From Burkholderiales bacterium (lineage in GTDB: Bacteria; Pseudomonadota; Gammaproteobacteria; Burkholderiales; SG8-39), in the NCBI GenBank assembly GCA_017880775.1, contig JADGRQ010000005.1, positions 6,094 to 70,093 on the forward strand: a stretch of DNA of 64,000 nt, in the 5' to 3' direction. Every line of letters starts with the position of its first letter. The first letter of the stretch is position 1. Below the pieces are notes generated by a model. That model did not search any database and had not been told where the DNA came from. It worked only from the letters and a program-made list of their open reading frames with translations. Shown here piece by piece: positions 1-14,168 of the stretch. Position numbers and translations under genes: made by a program.

Positions 1-342
1 CGAGCGCCTCGGCCTGGCGGATGTAGATGCAGCGGCAGCCTTTCGGCAGCACCCCTCTCACCGCATCCAGCAGATCGCGCTTGCCTTTTTTCTCCAGCTC
101 GGTCTCCAGCTCCCAGGCGCTGTCGAAATGGTCCTCGATCGCACGCTTGTGGCGGCCGGTGACGAAGATCATGTCCGTGATCCCCGCGGCCGCGGCCTCC
201 TCGACGGCGTACTGGATGAGCGGCTTGTCGACCACCGGCATCATTTCCTTCGGGCTCGCCTTGGTTGCCGGGAGGAAGCGGCTGCCGATGCCGGCCACCG
301 GGAAAACCGCCTTGCGCAGAATCTTCGCTTGGGTTTCGGCCA

Positions 343-343
<1 letters not shown>
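1..343 (-). CDS. galU: UTP--glucose-1-phosphate uridylyltransferase, N-terminal 114 codons (3' end outside the window)
   Basis: Absent from the ORF track because it is open at the window edge. Hand translation from ATG 343..341 gives [74 protein letters not shown], which carries the GalU nucleotide-binding signature. The ATG shares 1 nt with the ligA stop. Confidence 0.85.
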
Positions 344-3478
<3,135 letters not shown>

Positions 3479-3494
3479 GGCCGCCGCCCCGGCC

Positions 3495-6400
3495 TCAGGC
3501 CGCGAGTTCCTCGCGCATGCGCAGCGCCGCGTCGATGTCGACCGCGACGACCCGCGATACGCCGGACTCGGGCATGGTGACCCCGATCAGCTGCTCCGCC
3601 ATCTCCATGGTGATCTTGTTGTGGCTGATGAACAGGAACTGGGTCTGCGTGGACATCTTTTTCACCAGGTCACAGAAACGCACGGTGTTCGAATCGTCGA
3701 GCGGCGCATCGACTTCGTCAAGCATGCAGAATGGCGCCGGGTTGAGCTGGAACAGCGAGAACACCAGCGCGATCGCGGTCAGCGCCTTCTCGCCGCCCGA
3801 GAGCAGATGAATGCTGCTGTTGCGCTTGCCCGGCGGCTGCGCCATCACCTGAACACCGGCGTCGAGGATTTCCTCGCCGGTCATGTTGAGGCGCGCCTCT
3901 CCGCCGCCGAACAGGAGTGGAAACAGCGAACCGAAATGCCGGTTGACGCTGTCGAAGGTCTCACGCAGCAACTCGCGGGTCTCGCGATCGATGCGCTGAA
4001 TGGCATTTTCCAGTGTTTGCATGGCCTCCTCGAGGTCGGCCGATTGCGCGTCGAGGAAGCCTTTGCGCTCCTGGCTCGACTTGAGTTCCTCGAGAGCGGC
4101 GAGGTTGACCGCCCCGAGTTCGGCGATCTCCTGCGCAAGGCGCGTGATGTCAACCTGCAGCGCCGATGGGCGGGGCGCCTGCGGCGCCTGCGCCTGGAGC
4201 GCGGCGTCGTCGGCCCCCGCTTCGCGCAACTGCCCGTCGAACTGGTCATGGTTGATCGCGGCCGCCTGTTCCTTCAGCCGAAGCTCGCCGATGCGCTCGC
4301 GGACCGGATGAACTCCGGCTTCGATCTGCAAACGCTGTTCCTCGAGCGCGCGCAGCGCACCCGCCGCCGCCTCGACCGCGGCACGCGCCTCGGCCAGCAT
4401 CTTTTCGCAACGAATGCGCGACTCGACGGCCGCGGCAAGGGCCTGGCGCACGGCCGGAATCGGATCGACGGCCAGGTCTTCGGACAACTTGCCGATCTCC
4501 GCGTCGGCCCGTTCGATCTGCTGGTCGATCATCTTGACCGAACTGTCGATTTCGGCAATCTTGGAGGCGCATTCACGTTCCCCGTACACGGCGTCCTGCG
4601 CTTCGCGCTCGGCGCCGTGAACGCGTTTGCGCTGCTCGGCCAGCAATTCCTCGGCGCTCACGTGCACCAGCTTGATCTCCTCCAGGCGCTGCTGCAGCGC
4701 GCCGATTGCCTGCCGCGCCTGTTCGAACTCGCTTTCGAGTTGCGCGCGGCGCGCCTGCGCCGCGTCCCGATCGCCGCGGATTTCCGCGAGCTCCGCCTCG
4801 ATCTGCTCGGTGCGCTCGCGGTGGCGCTCGAACTGCTGTTGCAGCTTGAGCAGTTCGATGTGCGCGTCGCGGCTCGCCGACTGCAATGCGCCCGCCGATT
4901 CACGCAATGCGTCGAGCGCAGCTTGCCGTTCCGCGAGCTCCCGGCTCGCGGATTCGAGCGCAGCGCGCGCATCGGCAAGCTGCTTCTCGCGTTCGCTGCA
5001 CCCCGCATCGAGTGCCTCGATCTCGGTCTGTCGCGCGAGCAATCCAGCGTCGGCGGAATCCGGCGCATGCAGGCTAAGCGTATACCGCGTGAACTGATGT
5101 CCCAGCCGATTCACCAGCACGGCGCCCGCCGGCAAGCGGGAGCGCGCCTCGAGCGACGGTGTGCCTTCCACGCCATAGACGCCGGAGAGCCAGTCGGCAA
5201 GCGCACCGCCGACCGACGCTTCCTGCGCGTGGATCCGCGAAGAGAGCGGCTGCACGCCGCCGATCGATTCCTCGCCGACCTCCGCGGCGGCCGTAACGAA
5301 CACGCTGGTCTTGCCCGGCGGGGTTTCCCCGGCCAGGTCATCGAGGCCTATCGCGCTCGATACTTGGTGGGCGCGCAGCCGCTCGCGCAGCACCGCTTCC
5401 ACCGCCGTCTCCCAGCCCGCATCGATGCGCAGCTTTTGCCACAGCCGCGGCATCCGCGCGAGAGAATGCCGCTCAAGCCAGCCGCGCAGCGCGCCATCCT
5501 CGGCGATTCTCTCCTGTACCTGGCGAAGGGTGGAGAGTTGGGCCTCGGCCGCACTATGCTCGCGCAGCGCCGTATTCACGCGCCCCGAAGCACCCTGGCG
5601 CCGTTGTTCGAGGTTCGAGCAGTCCTCCTGCAGCGCAAGCGCATGCTGTTGGGCGGCTTCGATCTGCCGGTCCAATTCCGCGACGCGCGCCTGCGCGGGC
5701 GCAAGCGTCGCGCGGTCGGGCCGCGGTAGCGCACTGCGTTCCGTTTCGAGCCGCTCGGAGCGCAGCGCGATGGCCGCGAGGGTGGCCGCGAGATGCCCGA
5801 GATTCGATTGCGCGATCTGGCAGCGGCTCTCGGCTTGCATCGCGTGGCTGCGCAGCTCCGTCAGGCGCTCCTGGGCGGCGCGGAACGCAGCCTCCGCTCC
5901 GGGCAGGCGCTCGCTCTCGGCGCAAAGTCCGGCCCGGCTGCGTTCGACGCGCGCGCGCGCATCGACCTGCCGCTGTGCCCACATGTGCAGCGCCTGCGTC
6001 AGCTGCGAGCGCTGCGCGCGCCATGCCGCGAGCTGGGTGCGCAGCTCGACGTGCCGGCTCTCGAGCCGTTGGCGCGTTTCCTCCATGTGCCGCATTTCGG
6101 ACTCGTTGCGGGCGACCTCGGCATTAGCCGCATACAGCGCGGCCTGCGCGGCATTCAGCCCGTCGCCGGCGCCGTAATGCTCGCTGCGCGCCGTCTCGAT
6201 GCGGTTCTCCACCGCGCGCAGCTTTGCGGTCTCGGCCTCCAGCAGGTTCGACTGACGCAGGATCTCCTGGGCATGGCGCTCCCGCTCCAGCGCGGCATCG
6301 CGCCGCCGCAGGAACCAAAGCAGCCGTTGCCTGGCCTGCAGCTCGCCGTGCAGTTCGTGATAGCGCGTTGCCACGCGCGCCTGCGCGTCGAGCCTCTCGA

Positions 6401-7013
6401 TCTGCACCCCCAGCTCCAGGCGGATGTCGTTCACCCGCGCGAGGTTCTCGCGCGTATCGGCCAGGCGGTGCTCGGTCTCGCGGCGCCTTTCCTTGTAGCG
6501 CGAGACGCCCGCGGCTTCCTCGAGAAACACCCGCAATTCCTCCGGCCGCGCTTCGATCACGCGTGAGATCATGCCCTGCTCGATGATCGCGTAGGCGCGG
6601 GGCCCGAGGCCGGTGCCAAGAAACATGTCGGTGATGTCGCGCCGGCGCACCTGCAGGTTGTTGATGAAATAGGACGATTCGCCGTCGCGTTGCAGCACCC
6701 GTTTCACCGAGATCTCGGTATATTGCGACCATTGCCCCGCAGCGCGGCCGAGCGAGTTGTCGAACATCAGTTCGACGGCGGAGCGCGCCAGCGGCTTGCG
6801 GTTCACCGAGCCGTTGAAGATCACGTCCTGCATCGAGTCGCCGCGCAGCGCCGACGCGCGCGATTCGCCGAGCACCCAGCGAACCGCGTCGATGACGTTC
6901 GATTTGCCGCAGCCGTTGGGGCCGACGATGCCGACCAGCTGTCCCGGAACGTGGATCGAGGTGGGGTCGACGAAGGACTTGAAGCCTGAGAGCTTGATCT
7001 GGACGAGGCGCAC
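3495..7013 (-). CDS. smc: Chromosome segregation protein SMC
   Basis: 1172 aa. Walker [10 protein letters not shown] at the N-terminus, long heptad-rich coiled coils, and C-terminal signature [10 protein letters not shown] plus Walker [13 protein letters not shown]. Confidence 0.97.
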   Translation of the reverse strand: MRLVQIKLSGFKSFVDPTSIHVPGQLVGIVGPNGCGKSNVIDAVRWVLGESRASALRGDSMQDVIFNGSVNRKPLARSAVELMFDNSLGRAAGQWSQYTEISVKRVLQRDGESSYFINNLQVRRRDITDMFLGTGLGPRAYAIIEQGMISRVIEARPEELRVFLEEAAGVSRYKERRRETEHRLADTRENLARVNDIRLELGVQIERLDAQARVATRYHELHGELQARQRLLWFLRRRDAALERERHAQEILRQSNLLEAETAKLRAVENRIETARSEHYGAGDGLNAAQAALYAANAEVARNESEMRHMEETRQRLESRHVELRTQLAAWRAQRSQLTQALHMWAQRQVDARARVERSRAGLCAESERLPGAEAAFRAAQERLTELRSHAMQAESRCQIAQSNLGHLAATLAAIALRSERLETERSALPRPDRATLAPAQARVAELDRQIEAAQQHALALQEDCSNLEQRRQGASGRVNTALREHSAAEAQLSTLRQVQERIAEDGALRGWLERHSLARMPRLWQKLRIDAGWETAVEAVLRERLRAHQVSSAIGLDDLAGETPPGKTSVFVTAAAEVGEESIGGVQPLSSRIHAQEASVGGALADWLSGVYGVEGTPSLEARSRLPAGAVLVNRLGHQFTRYTLSLHAPDSADAGLLARQTEIEALDAGCSEREKQLADARAALESASRELAERQAALDALRESAGALQSASRDAHIELLKLQQQFERHRERTEQIEAELAEIRGDRDAAQARRAQLESEFEQARQAIGALQQRLEEIKLVHVSAEELLAEQRKRVHGAEREAQDAVYGERECASKIAEIDSSVKMIDQQIERADAEIGKLSEDLAVDPIPAVRQALAAAVESRIRCEKMLAEARAAVEAAAGALRALEEQRLQIEAGVHPVRERIGELRLKEQAAAINHDQFDGQLREAGADDAALQAQAPQAPRPSALQVDITRLAQEIAELGAVNLAALEELKSSQERKGFLDAQSADLEEAMQTLENAIQRIDRETRELLRETFDSVNRHFGSLFPLLFGGGEARLNMTGEEILDAGVQVMAQPPGKRNSSIHLLSGGEKALTAIALVFSLFQLNPAPFCMLDEVDAPLDDSNTVRFCDLVKKMSTQTQFLFISHNKITMEMAEQLIGVTMPESGVSRVVAVDIDAALRMREELAA

Positions 7014-7165
7014 GGAAGCGTATTCGGGTTGGAACTCTGCAGCCGCGGCGCGCTCGAAACAACGCGCAATGCACCGTGAAAAGCGCCGCGAAAAAAGCGC
7101 GCGCTATGATACCATTCCAGCGTTGCTTTCCTCCTCCCGCCGCGAGTGTGCCGCGCGCTGATTCG

Positions 7166-7591
7166 ATGCCATCGAAGCCGAGCCAGGCGCTCGCCACTTT
7201 CGCCAACCCGGACCCCGCGCGCGATTACCGGATCCATATGGAAATTCCGGAGTTCACCTGCCTGTGTCCGGTCACGCGCCAACCGGATTACGCGTGCCTG
7301 CTGCTCGATTACGTGCCGGATCGCAGCTGCGTCGAGCTCAAATCGCTCAAGCTCTACATTTGGTCGTATCGCAGCCGGGGCGCATTCCACGAGGCGGTGA
7401 CCAACCAGATCCTCGATGAACTGGCGCGCGCGACCCGGCCGCGTTACATGCGGCTGGAAGCGCGCTTCAATGTGCGCGGCGGAATTTTCACCATCGTGGT
7501 CGCCGAACACCGAAAGCGCGGGTGGCGTCCGGCAGAGCCGGTCATGCTCGAGGCGCTTCCGGCGGCCATCCCGCGCACCACGCGCGCATGA
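7166..7591 (+). CDS. queF: NADPH-dependent 7-cyano-7-deazaguanine (preQ0) reductase, unimodular type
   Basis: Catalytic Cys context [13 protein letters not shown] and the QueF motif [13 protein letters not shown] prefer the internal ATG at 7166 (MPSKPSQ...) over the track start at 7076, which adds a non-conserved basic leader. The stop overlaps the dapC ATG (ATGA). Confidence 0.88.
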   Translation: MPSKPSQALATFANPDPARDYRIHMEIPEFTCLCPVTRQPDYACLLLDYVPDRSCVELKSLKLYIWSYRSRGAFHEAVTNQILDELARATRPRYMRLEARFNVRGGIFTIVVAEHRKRGWRPAEPVMLEALPAAIPRTTRA

Positions 7592-8781
7592 ACCCGCGCC
7601 TGGCGCGGCTCCAGCCGTATCCGTTCGAGAAGCTGCGCGCGCTGCTCGCCGGAATCGAGCCGAACCGGGAGCTCTCGCCGATCAACCTGTCGATCGGCGA
7701 GCCCAAGCATCCGACGCCGGCCCTGGTACGCGACGCGCTGGTCGCCGCGCTGGACGGGCTGGCGGTCTATCCGGCGACCGCCGGTCTGCCGGCGCTGCGC
7801 GAAGCAATCGCGGATTGGCTGAAACGCCGCTATGCGCTCGCGGCCGTGGACGCGCTCACCCAGGTCTTGCCGGTGAACGGATCGCGCGAGGCGCTGTTCG
7901 CGTTCGCGCAGACGGTCATCGACGACGCTGCCGGCGATGCACTGGTCGTTTGCCCGAATCCGTTCTACCAGATCTACGAGGGCGCGGCGCTGCTTGCCGG
8001 CGCCAAGCCGGTGTTTCTCAACGCGCAACCGGACCACGGCTTCCGGCTCGATCCGGGCGAACTGCCGGATGCGGCCTGGCGCCGCGTGCAATTGATGTAC
8101 GTCTGCTCGCCCGCCAACCCGACCGGCACCGTGTGCACTCTGGACGACTGGCGCCGCCTGTTCGAACTGTCCGATCGGCATGGCTTTGTCATCGCCTCCG
8201 ACGAGTGCTACTCGGAGATCTACTGCGACGAATCCCGGCCACCGCTTGGCGCATTGCAGGCCGCCCACATGCTCGGCCGCGACGGTTATCCGCGCCTGGT
8301 TGTGTTCTCCAGCCTGTCGAAGCGCTCGAATTCGCCCGGAATGCGCTCGGGCTTCGTCGCCGGCGATGCGGCATTGCTGAAGAGCTTTCTGCTCTACCGC
8401 ACCTATCACGGTGGCGCGATGAGCGGCGCGGTGCAGCGCGCGTCGATCGCCGCCTGGCGCGACGAGGCGCACGTCAGGGAGAACCGCCGGCTGTACGCGG
8501 AGAAGTTCCGCGCTGCGCTGCCGCTGGTACGCAAACCTCTCGAAGCGGGCCTGCCCGGCGGCGGGTTTTATCTGTGGCTGCGCACGCCGATCGACGATTG
8601 CGAGTTCGCGCGCGAGTTGCAGCACCAATATAATGTGCTGGTACTGCCGGGGAGCTACCTTGCGCGCGATGCGCATGGCGCCAATCCCGGCCGCAATTAC
8701 GTGCGCATCGCGCTGGTCGCGCCGCAGGCCGAGTGCCTCGAAGCGATGCAGCGCATCGAGCGCTTTTCCCGACAACTCTGA
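7588..8781 (+). CDS. dapC: Succinyldiaminopimelate transaminase (class I aminotransferase)
   Basis: [20 protein letters not shown]...[13 protein letters not shown]-terminus and the SLSKRSN PLP-lysine region. Lies immediately upstream of dapD. Start taken at ATG 7588 (ATGA overlap with queF). Confidence 0.85.
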   Translation: MNPRLARLQPYPFEKLRALLAGIEPNRELSPINLSIGEPKHPTPALVRDALVAALDGLAVYPATAGLPALREAIADWLKRRYALAAVDALTQVLPVNGSREALFAFAQTVIDDAAGDALVVCPNPFYQIYEGAALLAGAKPVFLNAQPDHGFRLDPGELPDAAWRRVQLMYVCSPANPTGTVCTLDDWRRLFELSDRHGFVIASDECYSEIYCDESRPPLGALQAAHMLGRDGYPRLVVFSSLSKRSNSPGMRSGFVAGDAALLKSFLLYRTYHGGAMSGAVQRASIAAWRDEAHVRENRRLYAEKFRAALPLVRKPLEAGLPGGGFYLWLRTPIDDCEFARELQHQYNVLVLPGSYLARDAHGANPGRNYVRIALVAPQAECLEAMQRIERFSRQL

Positions 8782-8788
8782 GCCCATC

Positions 8789-9610
8789 ATGCAAGACGCA
8801 CGACAGACCATTGAACGCGCCTGGGAAGAGCGCGCCGGGCTGAATGCCGCCAACGCGCCGGACGCGCTGCGCGATGCCGTCGATCAGGTCATCGCCGGGC
8901 TGGATGCCGGGCGCCTGCGCGTGGCGGAGAAATCGAACGGCGCGTGGATCACGCATCAGTGGCTCAAGAAAGCGGTGCTGTTGTCATTCCGCCTGGAGGA
9001 TAACCGGCTGCTGCCCGGCGCGTCGACCAACTACTATGACAAGGTCGCCGGAAAATTTGCGAATTACGATGCCGCGGCGTTCGCGGCTGGGGGATATCGC
9101 GTGGTTCCGCCTGCGATGGCGCGCCGCGGCGCCTTCATTGCCCGCAACGTCGTTTTGATGCCCTCTTACGTCAACATCGGGGCCTATCTGGACGAAGGGG
9201 CCATGGTCGATACCTGGGCGACGGTCGGTTCGTGCGCGCACATCGGAAAGAACGTGCACCTTTCCGGCGGCGTCGGCATCGGAGGGGTGCTGGAACCGCT
9301 GCAGGCCAATCCGACCATCATCGAGGACAACTGCTTTGTCGGCGCGCGCTCCGAGATCGTCGAAGGCGTCGTGGTCGAGGAAAACAGCGTGATCTCGATG
9401 GGGGTGTTCATCGGTCAGAGCACCAAGATTTTTGACCGTGCGACCGGAGAGATCATCTACGGCCGCGTGCCGTCGGGTTCTGTCGTGGTACCCGGTACGC
9501 TGCCGGCGGGGGACCGCAGTTGCGCCTTGTATTGTGCAGTCATCGTCAAGCGGGTGGACGCGAAGACCCGCGCCAAGACGAGCCTCAACGAACTGCTGCG
9601 CGGGGATTAG
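8789..9610 (+). CDS. dapD: 2,3,4,5-tetrahydropyridine-2,6-dicarboxylate N-succinyltransferase
   Basis: 273 aa from ATG 8789. Hexapeptide-repeat core ([40 protein letters not shown]) and a typical DapD C-terminus. Confidence 0.93.
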   Translation: MQDARQTIERAWEERAGLNAANAPDALRDAVDQVIAGLDAGRLRVAEKSNGAWITHQWLKKAVLLSFRLEDNRLLPGASTNYYDKVAGKFANYDAAAFAAGGYRVVPPAMARRGAFIARNVVLMPSYVNIGAYLDEGAMVDTWATVGSCAHIGKNVHLSGGVGIGGVLEPLQANPTIIEDNCFVGARSEIVEGVVVEENSVISMGVFIGQSTKIFDRATGEIIYGRVPSGSVVVPGTLPAGDRSCALYCAVIVKRVDAKTRAKTSLNELLRGD

Positions 9611-9641
9611 ACTAGAATTTCGCACCAATGCAGGGGGCACC

Positions 9642-10817
9642 ATGTCAGCAATGAAGCGGCTGTTCCAGCTGATGGCCGATAAGAAGGCCTCGGACATCTT
9701 CCTTTCAGTCGGCGCGCCGATCAATATCAAGATCAACGGCACGTTGCTGCCGGTGAATCAGAGCGTGTTGAACACCGATGGCGTGAAAACGCTGCTCTAC
9801 GAGGTGCTCACCGAGCGGCAGGTGCGCGAATTCGAGGAGGAGATGGAACTGAACACGGCGCTCACCGTGGAAGGCGTGGGTACGTTCCGGATCAGCGCGT
9901 TCCGGCAGAAGGGCACCCCGGCGGCCGTCGTGCGTTACATCCCGAGCGAAATCCCGAACATCGACTCGCTCGGCGTGCCCGAGGTGCTCAAGGAAGTGAT
10001 CATGCAGAAGCGCGGGCTGATCCTGATGGTCGGCGCGACCGGCTCGGGCAAGACGACTTCCCTCTCGGCGATGCTGGATTTCCGCAACGAGCGGCGCTCG
10101 GGGCATATCCTCACGCTCGAGGATCCGGTGGAATTCGTCTTCAAGAACAGGAAATCCATCGTCAACCAGCGCGAGGTCGGCACCGATACGAAGGCCTTCG
10201 AGCTGGCGCTCAAGAACGCATTGCGCCAGGCGCCGGATTGCATCCTGATCGGCGAGATCCGCGACAAGCAAACCATGGGCATGGCGCTCGCGTACGCGCA
10301 ATCGGGCCACCTCTGCCTGGCGACGCTGCACGCCAACAACAGCTACCACGCGATGAACCGGATCATCAATTTCTATCCGCTGGAAAACCGTCCGAGCCTG
10401 CTGCTCGATCTTTCGGCGGCGCTGCAGGCCGTGATCTCGCAGCGCCTGGTGAGGGCAAAGGCCGGCGGCCGGGTGGCGGCCGTCGAGGTGCTGCTCAATA
10501 CGCGCCACATCCAGGAATTGATCGAAAAAGGCGAGATCGGCGAAATCCGCGAGGCTCTGGAAAAAAGCATGGCACCCGGCTCGCAGACCTTCGAGCAATC
10601 GCTGTTCAAGCTCTTCGTCGAGGGCAAAATCGGCCAGGATGAAGCCATGGCAAACGCCGATTCGTCGAGCAACATGCTGTGGCTGATCAATCAGGCAACG
10701 GCCGGCGAGATCACCGGCGGAGGCGTCTCGATGCGGCCCGCCAGGGAACAACCCCGCAAAGACGAGAAGGCGGAGGATGCCTCGTTCAGCGGTTTCAAGA
10801 TCGACGTTGCCGGCTGA
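9642..10817 (+). CDS. PilT/PilU-family type IVa pilus retraction-type ATPase (PilU-like)
   Basis: 391 aa from ATG 9642. Walker A GATGSGKTTS, an Asp box, and HLCLATLHANN plus VLLNT motifs that match recalled PilU rather than PilT. No other pilus genes are nearby. Confidence 0.8.
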   Translation: MSAMKRLFQLMADKKASDIFLSVGAPINIKINGTLLPVNQSVLNTDGVKTLLYEVLTERQVREFEEEMELNTALTVEGVGTFRISAFRQKGTPAAVVRYIPSEIPNIDSLGVPEVLKEVIMQKRGLILMVGATGSGKTTSLSAMLDFRNERRSGHILTLEDPVEFVFKNRKSIVNQREVGTDTKAFELALKNALRQAPDCILIGEIRDKQTMGMALAYAQSGHLCLATLHANNSYHAMNRIINFYPLENRPSLLLDLSAALQAVISQRLVRAKAGGRVAAVEVLLNTRHIQELIEKGEIGEIREALEKSMAPGSQTFEQSLFKLFVEGKIGQDEAMANADSSSNMLWLINQATAGEITGGGVSMRPAREQPRKDEKAEDASFSGFKIDVAG

Positions 10818-10838
10818 TCTGCGGCGAATGCCGCGCCG

Positions 10839-11987
10839 ATGTCCCGCCAAGGAGTTTCTCTGCTCGATGCGCTCGAACTCGCGTGCGCGCTGATCGCGCG
10901 GCGCTCGGTAACGCCCGAGGATGGCGGCTGCCAGAAACTGCTTGCCGAACGGCTGGCGCGCTCCGGGTTCGCCTGCGAGGAAGTGGTCTGCAACGACGTG
11001 CGCAACCTGTGGGCGCGGCGCGGCACGGCGAGGCCGCTGCTGTGTTTCGCCGGACACACCGACGTGGTCCCGCCGGGACCGCTCGATCAGTGGCATTCCG
11101 ACCCGTTCCTTCCGACCGAGCGCGACGGCAAGCTTTTCGGCCGTGGCGCCGCCGACATGAAATCTTCAATCGCATGCTTCGTGGTGGCGGCCGAGGCCTT
11201 CGTCGCGGAGCGGCCGCAGCATGCGGGCTCGATCGCGCTGCTGCTCACCTCGGACGAGGAAGGCCCGTCGGTCGACGGCACGGTGCGCGTGGTCGAACGC
11301 TTGAAGCAACGCGGGGAAAAGATCGACTACTGCGTCGTCGGGGAGCCTTCTTCGGCAAGCGCCCTTGGCGACGTGATCAGGAACGGCCGGCGCGGTTCGC
11401 TCTCCGGCAGGTTGACCGTGCGCGGCGTCCAGGGCCACGTCGCCTATCCGGAACTGGTCAGGAATCCGATCCATGCAGTCGCGCCCGCGCTCGCGGAGCT
11501 GGCCGCTGAGAAGTGGGACGATGGCGACGAATACTTTCCGCCCACGACGTGGCAGGTCTCCAACCTGCACGCGGGAACCGGCGCCACCAACATCGTGCCC
11601 GGATCCCTCGCAATGGATTTCAACTTCCGTTTCGCCGCGGCCAGTGATGAACGGGAATTGCGCGAGCGGCTCGAGGGCATATTGCGAAAGTACGGTTTGG
11701 ACTGGTCGATCGAGTGGCGGGTGTCCGGGCGGCCATTTCTGACGCGCCCCGGGGAGCTGGTTGAAGCCGTGAAAGCCGCCATCCGCCGCGTCACCGGTCG
11801 CGAGGCCGTGCTTTCGACCGGTGGCGGGACGTCGGATGCCCGCTTCATCGTGGAAATCTGCAAACAGATCGTCGAGATCGGGCCGGTGAACGCCAGCATC
11901 CACAAGCTCGACGAGCACATCGAGCTCGAATCACTCAGGCAACTGCCGCAAATCTACCTCGAAACACTGCGCGGGCTGATACGCTGA
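10839..11987 (+). CDS. dapE: Succinyl-diaminopimelate desuccinylase (M20 family)
   Basis: 382 aa. Metal-binding [20 protein letters not shown] and VVGEPS motifs. Lies in dap cluster context. Confidence 0.92.
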   Translation: MSRQGVSLLDALELACALIARRSVTPEDGGCQKLLAERLARSGFACEEVVCNDVRNLWARRGTARPLLCFAGHTDVVPPGPLDQWHSDPFLPTERDGKLFGRGAADMKSSIACFVVAAEAFVAERPQHAGSIALLLTSDEEGPSVDGTVRVVERLKQRGEKIDYCVVGEPSSASALGDVIRNGRRGSLSGRLTVRGVQGHVAYPELVRNPIHAVAPALAELAAEKWDDGDEYFPPTTWQVSNLHAGTGATNIVPGSLAMDFNFRFAAASDERELRERLEGILRKYGLDWSIEWRVSGRPFLTRPGELVEAVKAAIRRVTGREAVLSTGGGTSDARFIVEICKQIVEIGPVNASIHKLDEHIELESLRQLPQIYLETLRGLIR

Positions 11988-12908
11988 ATGGCGGCTGTGG
12001 TGACAGCCGGCGAGCTGTTCCGCAGCGCGGTGGACCGGTTTCGAAAGGCGCGCCTCGTATTCGGACACGGAATGCAGGACGCGCGAGACGAAGCGGCGTA
12101 TCTGGTGTTCCACTGCCTCGGGCTGCCGCCCGGCGATCTGGCTGAGCACCGCGCACGCCGCGTCACGCCGGTTCAACACCGGAAATTCGAGCGTCTGGTG
12201 GAGCGGCGCGTCAGGGAACGCATTCCTGCGGCGTATCTGACCCATGAGGCATGGCTTGGGGATTATTCCTTTTATGTAGACAAGCGGGTGATCGTGCCGC
12301 GCTCGTTCATTGCCGAACTGCTGCGCGACGGGCTTTCCATCTGGCTGAAGCGCCCCGCCCGAACCTTGCTCGACCTGTGCACCGGCTCGGGGTGCCTCGC
12401 GGTGCTCGCGGCGCACGCGTTCCCGCGCGCGATGATCGATGCGTCGGATATTTCTCGCGGCGCGCTTGCAGTAGCGCGCCGCAACCTCGCACGTTACGAC
12501 CTGCAACACCGCGTACGTCCTGTCCGCTCCGACTTGTATGCTGGTCTGCGCGGACGCTGCTACGACCTGATTCTGTCCAACCCGCCCTATGTGACATCGG
12601 CGTCGATGCGTTCGTTGCCGCGCGAGTACCGTCATGAGCCCCAGCTTGCGCTATCGGGCGGAAGCGATGGCCTGGATGCGGTGCGAAGGATCCTGCGCGA
12701 GGCTGCAATGCACCTGAACCCCGGCGGTCTGCTGGTCTGCGAAATCGGACACAACCGCCGCGCCCTCGAGCGCGCCTTCCCGCAACTGGCATTCGTATGG
12801 CTCGAGACCAGCGCCGGTGCAGATCATGTGTTCCTGATCGAGCGCGAAGCACTTACCAGAACCGATCGGCCGCCTTCAACTTCTTCCACTGCGCGTCGAG
12901 CTCGATGA
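11988..12908 (+). CDS. prmB: 50S ribosomal protein L3 glutamine N5-methyltransferase
   Basis: 306 aa. SAM-binding LDLCTGSGCLAV and catalytic NPPY (SNPPYV), with close colinearity to recalled E. coli PrmB. The last 56 nt overlap the convergent CHAD ORF. Confidence 0.9.
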   Translation: MAAVVTAGELFRSAVDRFRKARLVFGHGMQDARDEAAYLVFHCLGLPPGDLAEHRARRVTPVQHRKFERLVERRVRERIPAAYLTHEAWLGDYSFYVDKRVIVPRSFIAELLRDGLSIWLKRPARTLLDLCTGSGCLAVLAAHAFPRAMIDASDISRGALAVARRNLARYDLQHRVRPVRSDLYAGLRGRCYDLILSNPPYVTSASMRSLPREYRHEPQLALSGGSDGLDAVRRILREAAMHLNPGGLLVCEIGHNRRALERAFPQLAFVWLETSAGADHVFLIEREALTRTDRPPSTSSTARRAR

Positions 12909-13641
12909 GCAATCGGCGTTCACGCCGTGCATCGCGCTGATGTATGCGGGCAATTGCGCGTCTCCCGCGCGCAGGCAGCGCCGCGGTGTTGCCGAGCAGG
13001 CGACGGGCGACGGCAATGTCGTTCAACTCTCCGAGGGTGTCCTGCAGCCGCTCCAGCCGCCGGATGAACATCCGCGTTCGCCTGCGCGGATACAGCGCAG
13101 CGAAGAACTCGCATGCGTAGCGCAACCGCTTGATGCGAACGCGCAACTGATGGCGAGCGTCGCCTGGCAGCGTGGCAATGTCTTTGCCACACGCCCGCGC
13201 CTTGCGCTGCAGCCGCTTCAATGCCCGACGGGCGAGCGGTGCTACGGGCGAGCCCAGCACCGCGGCCGGGACGACGCTGCGCCAAGGCCCACGCTCAAGC
13301 CAGCGTTCGGCCCGCTGCAACGCGCCGGCAAGATCGCCGGTGTCGATCGCCTTGCGGGCTCGACGCACCGACGCGGTGCGCCGCAGCAGCACGTGTCGCT
13401 TCAGAGCCTTGAGCGAGTCGCGCTCGGGAAACCGCGTGCGCCCGGCTGCAGCGATTCGCTGGCTCAGTACGTCCCAATCGCGCGTGGTTCCGAGCGCGCG
13501 TGCCGCGTCGCGCAACCCCAACCGGATACGAGCGGTCGCTTCATGCGGCACGGCTGCGCGAAACGCGATCAGGCTCGAGTGAAAACGCCGCATGCCAACC
13601 CGCATCTGATGGACGAATTCCGAGTTGCGCGAGTGGAGCAC
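12853..13641 (-). CDS. CHAD domain-containing protein (start codon unresolved)
   Basis: CHAD hallmark EFVHQMRVGMRRFHS plus a repeated helical pattern through to HQLRVRIKRLRYACEFF. The track ORF (to 13899) runs through tRNA-His and tRNA-Arg. The only in-frame starts below tRNA-His are GTG 13641 and ATG 13605. Confidence 0.6.
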   Translation of the reverse strand: MLHSRNSEFVHQMRVGMRRFHSSLIAFRAAVPHEATARIRLGLRDAARALGTTRDWDVLSQRIAAAGRTRFPERDSLKALKRHVLLRRTASVRRARKAIDTGDLAGALQRAERWLERGPWRSVVPAAVLGSPVAPLARRALKRLQRKARACGKDIATLPGDARHQLRVRIKRLRYACEFFAALYPRRRTRMFIRRLERLQDTLGELNDIAVARRLLGNTAALPARGRRAIARIHQRDARRERRLLIELDAQWKKLKAADRFW

Positions 13642-13775
13642 GCCGGACGCGTTGGCTTCGACCTGCGCCAGCGCCGCGCGTACAACCGTGCGAAACGCGT
13701 CCTCGACCGTCGCGCCGGGCGGGAGCGCGACCGCGGCAGCCTTGACGGGCGCCGCGTCGGCGCGACGCGCAGTGC

Positions 13776-13851
13776 TGGGGTGGCGGACGGGATTCGAACC
13801 CGCAACAACTGGAATCACAATCCAGGACTCTACCGTTGAGCTACCGCCACC
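13776..13851 (-). tRNA. tRNA-His (anticodon GTG), with encoded G-1 and CCA
   Basis: Hand-folded cloverleaf GGTGGCGG/TAGCTCAACGGTAGAG/CTGGA-TTGTGAT-TCCAG/GCGGG-TTCGAAT-CCCGT/CCGCCACC-CCA. Near-identical in architecture to recalled E. coli tRNA-His. Confidence 0.95.
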
Positions 13852-13869
13852 GTTGCTGCACAAAACATC

Positions 13870-13946
13870 TGGCCTGCCCGGCGGGACTCGAACCCACAAC
13901 CCCCAGCTTAGAAGGCTGGTGCTCTATCCGGTTGAGCTACGGGCAG
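13870..13946 (-). tRNA. tRNA-Arg (anticodon TCT), CCA encoded
   Basis: Acceptor CTGCCCG/CGGGCAG, anticodon arm CCAGC-CTTCTAA-GCTGG, T arm GTGGG-TTCGAGT-CCCGC. Confidence 0.93.
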
Positions 13947-13964
13947 TTCCCGTCGCCTCCAGGC

Positions 13965-14041
13965 TGGTCGGGGTGGAGAGATTCGAACTCCCGACATCTT
14001 GCTCCCAAAGCAAGCGCGCTACCGGGCTGCGCTACACCCCG
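13965..14041 (-). tRNA. tRNA-Pro (anticodon TGG), CCA encoded
   Basis: Acceptor CGGGGTG/CACCCCG, anticodon arm CTTGC-TTTGGGA-GCAAG, T arm CGGGA-GTTCGAATC-TCTCC region. Confidence 0.93.
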
Positions 14042-14053
14042 AAATGGGCGCAG

Positions 14054-14082
14054 ATCATACCCCGCGTGGCGGTTTCCGGCAA
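14054..14082 (-). promoter_or_regulatory. Candidate sigma-70 promoter of the tRNA-Pro/Arg/His operon
   Basis: Minus strand reads TTGCCG-N17-TATGAT followed by the GC-rich discriminator CTGCGCCC. The -10 element ends 12 nt before the mature tRNA-Pro 5' end. Confidence 0.45.
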
Positions 14083-14168
14083 CGCGCGCCCCGGTGCGTC
14101 CGACTTGCTTGCGACAGATGGGGATTTCTGCTACAAAGCGCCTTCCTTTTCGCAGGTCGATACAGCAA

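Noticed and set aside
7014-7165. Possible preQ1 riboswitch upstream of queF
   Set aside because: I could not identify the compact preQ1 hairpin with an A-rich tail. The region looks like an ordinary divergent promoter spacer between smc and queF.
13642-13899. 5' extension of the CHAD ORF
   Set aside because: It overlaps tRNA-His and tRNA-Arg on the same strand, so a protein start there is implausible. Kept as a finding because no good alternative start exists.
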